Shown here in pieces: positions 55,399 to 64,000 of a stretch of 64,000 nucleotides of DNA. Position 1 is the stretch's first letter. Each line of letters starts with the position of its first letter. The notes below the pieces were generated by a model. That model saw only the letters and a list, made by a program, of their open reading frames with translations, ran no database searches and was not told the origin of the DNA. Location: assembly GCF_006345805.1 (NCBI RefSeq), contig NC_043014.1:21018001-21082000 (forward strand). Reading direction: 5' to 3'. The DNA comes from Octopus sinensis. Lineage: Eukaryota. The translations under genes were made by a program, and so were the position numbers.

Positions 55399-55784
55399 TT
55401 TTTTGTTTTGTTTTTTAATTAAATAGGTTTTTGTTTTCAATAAAACAGTTTTCAAATATTGATAATGAGATACTATAAGTATATTTTCTCGGTAAACTTT
55501 CCTCGCGTTGAACTATCCTCATTGTGAACTTTCCTCGCGGTGAAGTTTCTTCATGCTGAACTCTCCTGCAATGAATTGATGGCGGTTAACTTACTTGTAA
55601 TCTTCAATCAGTGCAAAATAGGAATTTTGAAAGAAGCATCGATGAAACTTGTTTTCAAACATTGAATGACTGTAGGGATCCACTAGAATTGATTATTAAT
55701 GAAAGGCGGCTATATGTAAAAGTGATTAATAACCATTTGTCTACATGAAAACTGGGTCAGTTCTTACATATTTAATTGAGAAGG

Positions 55785-56065
55785 CTCATAACTTAGTGGT
55801 TAGAGTATTCGGCTCACGATCGTGAGGTCGTGAGTTCGACCCTCGCCGGTGTTGTGTCTTTCAGCAACACACTTTATTTCACATTGCTCCAGTGCACTTA
55901 GCTGGCAAAAATGAGTTATACCTGTATTTCAAAGGGCCAGCCTTATCAGATTTCTATCATGCTGAATATCCTTGAGAACTACGTTAAGGGTCTGTGGAGT
56001 TCTCAGCCACTTGCATGTTAATTCCACGAGCAGGCTGTTCAGTTGATTGTCATCACTGGTTATGT
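55785..56065 (+). mobile_element. Family D tRNA-derived SINE (V-domain-like)
   Basis: ttagtggttagagtattcggctcacgatcgt..gagttcg head. Aligns with 59421-59717. Confidence 0.8.
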
Positions 56066-56561
56066 AGATTAAGAGCTGTATGTCTGTATTTTAGTTCAGT
56101 GAATGGCAGTCATCATGTTCATTGTTTAGCACCCGAGACACCTGGTTTCATTAAACATGTGATGATATACACCCAAGCTGTAACCTGAACGTTTTTTTTT
56201 TTTTTACCGTGACTTAGTGTATGCAAAAGCATACTATTCAATGTGTGATTTGGAAGGACTTTTGTCTGATATGTCTTGCTAGTCGAATGTTCACATAATG
56301 GCTTCTACATTGGCCTGTGCAACGCCATGTTTACTTCGGTCGAAAGACATCTATCATTGTGTTTCTTTTCGATGATACTTAAAGTTTTCAAACATTGCTT
56401 ATAAATATTTTTTCTACTCTAAGCACCATATCCACTCACAAGGCTTTGTTCGGCCCGAGGCTATCGTACATGACACTAGCCCAAGGTACCACACAGTGGG
56501 ACTGAACCCGGAACCATGTGGTTGGTAAGCAAGCTACTTACCACACAACCACTCCTACATA

Positions 56562-57246
56562 TATCACCTTGATCACCTTGACCGACCAGTCGGTCGGGCG
56601 TCCATTTGACACCGCTGGTCACAGCACGCTGTCCACTCCTCTCTGGATCGCGCCTTCCTCATCCACGTGAACCTAATCGCCCTCCTGAAATCGTAACTCG
56701 AACGTCGTGGCGGCCTTCCGAGTGGTCATTTCCGCTCGCGCGAGTACCACTCGACATCTACGCGGGTCCACCGATTATCGGTGAGCCGGGCAACGTGTCC
56801 AGCCCATCGAAATTTGCTGCGTGTATATTCTATGATGACATCCCTCATGCCGGACCTCTCTCTGATGACCTCGCTACTGATTTGCTCTCTCAACGAGATT
56901 CCAAGCATTGACCTTTCCATGGCTCTTTGAGCCGTTACCAATCTCTGCTCTTCTCTCTTTGTTGTAGCTAATGTTTCACTACCATATAATATTGCAGGTA
57001 GAACTGTGCTATTGATGAGGTTAGCACGGGTAGTCCTATTCCAACCTTTCCTTCAACACATCCCTTATGCCATTAAACGCCTTCCATCCGGCCCTTACTC
57101 TCCGTGAGATCTCCTTTTCGATATCTCGGCACATATTCACTTCCTGTCCCAGGTAAACATATTCTCAGGTCGAATGCTGGTCAGCAGTGATGAAACAGAG
57201 GAGGTAAAGGAATATGTCTACCTGGGACAGGAAGTGAATATGTGCC
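56562..57246 (-). mobile_element. RTE-1-like LINE 3' fragment with an inverted 5' segment
   Basis: VTAQRAMERSMLGISL..FRWAGHVARLTDNRW..GRPPRR, ending in a tandem (TCAAGGTGA) tail. The plus-strand segment EEVKEYVYLGQEVNM at 57197-57243 is inverted. Confidence 0.9.
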
Positions 57247-57255
57247 TGCATATAT

Positions 57256-57303
<48 letters not shown>

Positions 57304-57311
57304 ATATATAT

Positions 57312-57343
<32 letters not shown>

Positions 57344-57400
57344 TGTATGTATGTATGTATGTATGTATATGTATGTATGTATGTGTATATATATATATAT

Positions 57401-57655
57401 ATATAGTGAGAATTTACTAAAAAACAAAAGACGAAGACGTGTGTGTAAACAACAAACAGATGTATTAGTTTAACGCTCGGAAAGTGAGAAAGTCTTTTAC
57501 GTTTTGAGCCTACGCTCTTCGACAGAAAGGAAAACAAAAATAAATAAGGAGAGAAAATAGAAAATAGAATATATCACTTTCCGAGCGTTAAACTAATACA
57601 TCTGTTTGTTGTTTACACACACGTCTTCGTCTTTTGTTTTTTAGTAAATTCTCAC

Positions 57656-57660
<5 letters not shown>
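57401..57660. repeat. Foldback element, perfect 87-bp arms, spacer containing a degenerate hammerhead-like motif
   Basis: 57401-57487 is the reverse complement of 57574-57660. Confidence 0.95.
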
Positions 57661-57684
<24 letters not shown>

Positions 57685-57686
<2 letters not shown>

Positions 57687-57870
57687 AAGGCAAATAAGAA
57701 AATGAAGAGGATATACAATCGACAAACATCACCCAGTAAACATTCAATTATATCTGTTTATTAAATGATTACAAACATAAATTGGTAAATTGATAAACAG
57801 ATATAATTAAATGTTTACTGGCTGATGTTTGTCGATTGCATATCCTCTCCATTTTCTTATTTTCCTTATA
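57685..57870. repeat. Foldback element, ~77-bp arms
   Basis: 57685-57761 versus 57793-57870, about 5 mismatches. Confidence 0.9.
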
Positions 57871-57984
57871 AATCCTGATAATTTCTAATTTACCCCCACC
57901 CATACCTAATACTCAATTGCGATATTGCCATGCATCAGTAAGCACTTGGTTATAAATACTCAGCTACACATCCACATCCCTTCT

Positions 57985-59140
57985 GATTGCTCCTCAGTCC
58001 GCTTGTAGAAGTTTATGTTGTCAAATAAGTGCAATGGAGTGGGATTGGCTGGCTTGGTTTTAATATGCCGGAAATTAAAGTTGCAGAGCATCATATCGTG
58101 GTCTGAGAGGAGAGTTTTTTTCAACTGAAATACTGTGAACGGAGCTAGAGTGTTTGATTAATATTAGATCCAAGATCGTTTTATTCTGTCTTGTTTGTTC
58201 GATCACTAGCTGAGTCAGGAAAATTTATCCATTAGATTAAAGAGTAATTCTGCTGCTGCTTTGTCTGGTGTAGAGCATTTGCCTGACCTCAGAGTATTTG
58301 TGGACCAGTTTATATAACGGAGGTTAAAATCACCTATCACTAGTATGTTTTGAAGGAAGGACTTGATTTTGTTGAGGCATTCTTCAAAGCACATTAGAGG
58401 TGTTTGAGAAGGCCTGTAAAGACCAACAATGATTATGTCTTTGGACTGGTTGAATAGTGATATGGATTCACAGTATCCATTGGAAAATATATCCTTGGCA
58501 TCAACTAAAAAGGAGTCATGGAGAAAGATAGCTGTTCCCTCTTTATTTCGGTCTGTGCGATCTGCACGGATGATGGTGAAATCTTTTATTTTCACCTCGG
58601 CATCCATGTGAGTGCTGCTAAAGTGAATTTCAGTAAGGATAAAGAAAGGGATGCAATGTGCCGTTTCGGCAAGCTAACTCTCTATGTATGGAATCTTCCA
58701 TTTTTGGGCAGTGAGTGATGGGTTGACACCACGTACATTTAACAGGAATGTCGAGGCAAGGGTAGGTTGATGTTTGTATTGTTCTAAGTGCTATGTTGTT
58801 CGGAGGTAGCAGTGAGGGTAGTTTTTGTATGGAGTTGTGCGTGTGTGATTTTCTAGTTGGTGGTGAGTGGGTGATCTTTGTGTTTTGCATAAATGGTTGC
58901 AAATAGCTCGTTGGATCTCCTGGCTCAGGTCGGCCTTCATATTTTCGAGATAAGTTAGAAAAAAAGAGTTACCTCTTTGGTTTGCCACTTGGTCAGATGA
59001 TACATTGTTCATGTTTAAGTTATTTGGCGTTATGGCTTTCCCATAGTTCTGTCTTCGTTGTTTGGTTGTAGGAGGTGAAGTGTAGTTGTATTTTGTTTTT
59101 GTTGTTGCTGTTGTAGGTCTCCTCTGTTGCTGTTTATATT
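57985..59140 (-). mobile_element. CR1/L2-group LINE fragment: ORF1 end and AP endonuclease
   Basis: FILTEIH..DAEVKIKDFTIIRADR, IVGLYRP, VIGDFN..INW, LLSDH. Confidence 0.85.
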
Positions 59141-59181
59141 TATTTTTCGATCGTTTTGTGGCCCTATACACACACACACAC

Positions 59182-59225
<44 letters not shown>

Positions 59226-59252
59226 ATACATACACACATATATATGTATACG

Positions 59253-59292
<40 letters not shown>

Positions 59293-59358
59293 TATATTAT
59301 ATATATAATATATAATATATAATATATATATATATACATATACACACATATATATATA

Positions 59359-59391
<33 letters not shown>

Positions 59392-59420
59392 CAGTATATA
59401 TATATATACACATATATATA

Positions 59421-59717
59421 GTGAAGGCACGTGGCTTAGTGGTTAAGGCATTCGGCTCACAATCGTGAGTTCAATTCACGGCGTTGCATTGTGTCCTTGA
59501 GCAAAACACTTTATTTCACGCTGCTCCAGTCCCCTCAGCTGGCAAATACCTGTATTTCAAAGGGCCGGCCTTGTCACACTCTGTCATGCTAAATCTCTAC
59601 GTTAAGGGTACACGTGTCTGTGGAGTGCTCACCCACTTGCACGTTAATTTCACGAGCAAGCTGTTCCGTTGATCGCATCAGTTGGGACGCTCGTCGTCAT
59701 AACCGACAGAGTGCTCC
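59421..59717 (+). mobile_element. Family D tRNA-derived SINE
   Basis: Head plus ttgtgtccttgagcaaaacacttt domain. Aligns with 55785-56065. Confidence 0.8.
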
Positions 59718-59827
59718 TAATACATACATACATACATATATATATGTGTGTGTGTGTATGTATTGTGTGTGTATTGTGTGTGTATGTGTGTGTACCAGTA
59801 TGTATATATACCTAGTCATGATATATA

Positions 59828-59878
<51 letters not shown>

Positions 59879-60189
59879 TCATTTACATATGCATATATCT
59901 ATGTCTACATCTACACAGTTGAACACACGCATGCCTCTGTGCGTACGTCTTTGTGTAGTGTGTGTGGTGGGGCATGGGTGTGTCCGATTGAATGTAATCT
60001 CGAGGGTTTCACTAATCAGCTTAAGGGAGAGAGAGAACCCCTGATGATAAAAGTGAGCCATGGCTTAAAATCCCATAAGGGCGATAAAGCCAATGCAATA
60101 AAACTTAACACTGAACGTCTTAATAAGTTTTAATATTCAATTAACCGTTGTTGTTGAGCTGCGTGGGTGGGAAGACAGGTGGTGGTGGT

Positions 60190-60224
<35 letters not shown>

Positions 60225-60609
60225 AGTCTTTGGTAGCATCGGCAGTGGTTGTGATGACGTTGGTGGTGATGATGGTAACGGTGGTGAGAGTGCGCTATGG
60301 AAAATGGATCTGAAGGTGTTGATGGTTTGTAAGCTTGTTATTGTTGCAATTGGAGTAACTTTAGATGTGCTTATTTTTTTGTCTTTTATTTATTATTAGT
60401 TCGTCAAGGTGGCAGACTGTAGCGAGCTGGCGGAATCATTAGTGCGCCAGGAAAATTGCTTAGCGGCATTTCCTCAATAATCTGAGTTCAAATTCCGCCG
60501 AGGTCAACTTTACCAGTCATGTATGTATGCATGCATGTATGTATGTATGTATGTATGTATGTATGTATGTATGTATGTATGTATGTATGTATGTATGTAT
60601 GTATGCTTT

Positions 60610-61945
60610 GAATCTTAAGAAGGTCTTGCAGAATTTTATTGTCCCAGTTATCGTGATCACTTGTGTATGAACAACGGATTAGCGCTCTCTCCCCCAAGAA
60701 TCCAAGGACAGCCATACCTCACTTCAGAAAGGTTTGTATGTATCCTGTTGCTCCAATGATAATGGGTATGAACTGAAAGTGTATCTTGGATACTGGGTTT
60801 GAAAACTCATTATTAATAGTCCGTAGATGTACTCTTTCTCTTATACTTTTCGAACCACATTGGTGTCCAGTGGGAAGCTGATCTCCACAACTAACATATC
60901 TTTTCCTTGTGGTCCCACAGGACAATATCTGGCTGGTTTTGTTTTACCTTGGTGGCTGTTTTAACTTTTAAGTTCCACCAATATTCTTTTGAGCCATCGG
61001 TCTCAATATAATCAATTTCGTCTGCAGGTGTTTTCTTTTTCATCATCCTGCTCCAGAACGTTCTGGCCACTGCGTCAATCCTCATGGGAAGATATCTGGA
61101 AGACACTCTAACAGTTGACAATAATGTGGTTCATGTCTTCAGTCCTGAACTACTACAACCTACATTTGCTGTCTATCAACGTCTTCTGCCTTTTATGCTG
61201 TACATATACTTGGTGGGGATCTCTTGGTCTTGAACTGCATGGATGTAGCCTTCAAAGTAGCATGTTATAAACATGTCAAAGCTTCATGTCAAGCTTTTGA
61301 CAGGATCAGTCCCTTCTATGGTTCGTATTTTTCTTCTGTCTTCTCGGTGAACTTGTTCATGTTCTGTCTTATCAGAGGACCGGTCCATTTTTTTAATTTT
61401 CTTCTTCTGATAAATAGCTTTTACCAATGCCCCTTGGGATGATATCTGTATCCGCTCTAATTTTATACCTCTCCTAAAGTTCATTATGATGCTGATTTGA
61501 TGGTCGCAAACTTGGGAAAGACAGTTACTGGTCTCTATCCTCTGCTGCAGATATTTCAGTGTCACAATATGTACTTCATATGACAACAATACAAATACAC
61601 GATCACCATCCTTGCGTGTGAAGATCTAGCTTATCTACATCTCCATTGATGTTGAGGTTCCCTGTAATATTTAGTGGCTTCCGAGTTCGGACATTTGTCT
61701 CATTGAGTTCTTAAAATGACCAGTTCAGAAGGGCAAACGTAGGTGTGAGGACATTTGATGGAACAGCAAAGCTGTTGTGGGCAATATGCGTGTTGTAAGC
61801 TAAGAGTTCTGATGGCCATATTCCTTTTTAGGTTTTCAGAGGAAAGCACTTTTCCATATTTTATTGTCGAAAATGCGCATTTAGACTCACCAAATGTCAT
61901 TCCAATACCTGTAGAAATTTTGGGTAATGAGATGCAATTGATTTT
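60610..61945 (-). mobile_element. Decayed RLE-type non-LTR element (R4/NeSL-like, divergent lineage)
   Basis: GIGMTFGESKCA (RT end), SKCRL..EDMNHIIVNC, QNQPDIVLWD, FIPIIIGATG. Confidence 0.75.
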
Positions 61946-62040
61946 TAATGTATGTATGTATGTATGTATGTATGTATGTATGTATGTATGTATGCATGCA
62001 TACATGCATATATGTGTCTGTCTGTCTATATGTATGAGTG

Positions 62041-62071
<31 letters not shown>

Positions 62072-62479
62072 AAAGGGTAAAATCATTAATAATTTTACCA
62101 GGTAAATAAAAACCCCTATAGGTAAATTTTACAAAATATATTATAATTATATACATAACTATAACAAGGGGTTGGCTTTACGCCTCACCTCGCACTGTAG
62201 AAATAGACGCGAAATGCTCTGTTACCACCTTAAAATTCTCCCAGAATCTGTATATATATATATATACATATAAGGCAGGGTGTGTGTGGTGTGTGTGTGT
62301 GTGTGTGTTTGTACGCGAATGTAATTTATGCACATCCACAAATTAACACGCATGTCGCTCCAGTTCTAGGAGGACATTCATTACGACCCTGTATTTTCGT
62401 CAAATTATTTTCCCCGAAGACACCAATGAATAACGGTAAAAATAAATTTTCAACCATAACTTAACAATTTTCACGGCAG

Positions 62480-62530
62480 AGAAATCCACCATTGTTTACA
62501 ACCATGAGTTAAGTCCCCTTCTAGCGACGG
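62480..62530 (+). CDS. Candidate 51-nt internal exon of an unidentified host gene ((E)KSTIVYNHELSPLLAT(G))
   Basis: Branch-like CTTAAC, acceptor ttttcacggcag, strong donor GG|gtaagt. Symmetric phase-1 exon with only one open frame, in non-repeat sequence. No homology recognised. Confidence 0.3.
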
Positions 62531-63472
62531 GTAAGTTTTTGTTGACATTTGTTTTTTTTTCCATCGAGGAAAAAAATGTTTTGTCGATATACGGGCAACA
62601 CACACATACACACAACACACACGTACACCCATTGCATACATGATTTTTGTACGCATACATGTGCATGTGTGTGTGTGACTGAAGCCATTTACACATAAAT
62701 ACATACAACCCCTCTCTCTCTTTTCATCTGTCAATCATTTACCAAAAAGACGAAATTAAAAAAACTGTTATCTATCGCTCTGTCTCTCTTCACACACACA
62801 TTAACGAAACAACTTCTCAAACACACTACACTTTCTGTGTTGCACACCCCATCGAACACGCACACACACACACAAACAGACACGAACATGTATGCGTACA
62901 AAAAACATGTATGCAATAGATGAACTTTTCGATTAACCGCGTGCAAGATCTTGTTTCAAGCTTAAAGTAAAGAAATATTACCTACTGCTATCATCAGCGA
63001 CGGTATTCCATAGTATAAATTTACGAGTATCTCAAAATATGCATGCGAGCCGCGACGTCGCATAACCAATATCCATCCACACTCGTAGAAATATACTACA
63101 AAGTAGAATTCACATCTTTCTTTTCTACCCTCGTGTAGTGTGTCAAGATCAAGGCCGCAGTTAATAGTTTCGATCAGGCAGTAAATTTTTCAAATATTAT
63201 TTATAATAAAAGGTAAAATCATTAATAATTTTAAGGTGGTAATAGGGCATTTGGCGTCTATTTCTACAGGCGTAAAGCAAATCCTTTGTTATAATTATGT
63301 ATGTAATCATAAAATATTTAATATATATACTTTATTATTAAGCATTTTACTCTACCTCCAGCATTCGTGTATTATTTTTTCCATTTTCTTTCACATTTAT
63401 GTGTTTACTCTGGTGTGTATATGTGTGTGCGTGTGTAACTTTATCTCTTTCTCTCTTTCTCTCTCCCTCCCC

Positions 63473-63528
<56 letters not shown>

Positions 63529-63754
63529 ATCCCTGTTTATACATGTCTGCATTTTTTGTTTTTCTGCAAATTTCAGCTATATATATATATATATATTGTT
63601 ATATGTGGAGATGGTCATATTTGTTGCCGATTAACCACACGCACAACATACTCGTCCTTCACTTCAACTTTATTATTATTCTTATTTTAGTGTCCTTTGT
63701 CTGAAGTCTTTCGCGTCACATCTTGTGACCTCTTCAGCGATTCTCCATTCCTAG

Positions 63755-64000
63755 CTCACTTCAGTTGTTTACAGCAATACTTAGAAGGAAGGTTTGTAGC
63801 GTGTGATCCTCGCACTGACCAGCTCAGAGTAAACTGAGCAGAGTATCTGCATCAAATTTTGCCAGAAGCTTGACGATATCACCTCAGAGCCCTACGCAAA
63901 TTTTCAGAAAGTGTATTGAGAGGAGTGTATGAGCCCTATACAAGTGTACGAGTAGTTCAACCGTTTCCAAGATGGCTGAAAAATTCCGATAGTAACAAAC
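63755..64000 (+). mobile_element. Mariner-type transposase N-terminal remnant
   Basis: EQSICIKFCQKL..Y.EECMSPIQVYE.FNRFQDG, resembling the Mos1-type HTH, with stops. It runs off the window. Confidence 0.75.

Noticed and set aside
57872-57952. Minus-strand CTGATGC...GAAATTATCAGG as another hammerhead
   Set aside because: The core is mismatched and I found no credible stem II.

Overview
Eukaryotic, AT-rich and microsatellite-dense DNA with no confidently identifiable host protein-coding gene. The tRNA-headed SINE families, abundant R4/Dong and RTE LINE relics and (AT)n/(AAT)n/(CA)n load look like an Octopus (coleoid cephalopod) intronic or intergenic region; this is inferred from recalled repeat families, not from a search. 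Recognisable content: one near full-length but disrupted R4/Dong-type RLE LINE (~4.1-7.9 kb) plus about nine truncated copies, mostly abutting (AAT)n arrays; four RTE fragments; CR1-like APE, L1/Tx1-like RT, Gypsy integrase-tail and Penelope GIY-YIG fragments; decayed hAT, Tc1 and mariner transposases; over 20 SINE copies; a 30-bp minisatellite of about 60 units. Most ORFs in the supplied track are microsatellite artefacts. Two patterns stand out. (1) Several unrelated short, ORF-less elements sit in (AT)n arrays, often as inverted (foldback) pairs including a ~1.5-kb palindrome, and many carry type-I hammerhead-ribozyme-like cores, suggesting non-autonomous Penelope/retrozyme-like RNAs. (2) A ~550-bp non-coding element repeatedly co-inserts with Dong LINEs into (AAT)n arrays, building a co-oriented nest at 36-40.4 kb. 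Single-base slips in (AT)n runs and homopolymer frameshifts suggest residual long-read error, so some disruptions and palindromes need read-level confirmation. Boundaries were read by eye and are approximate.
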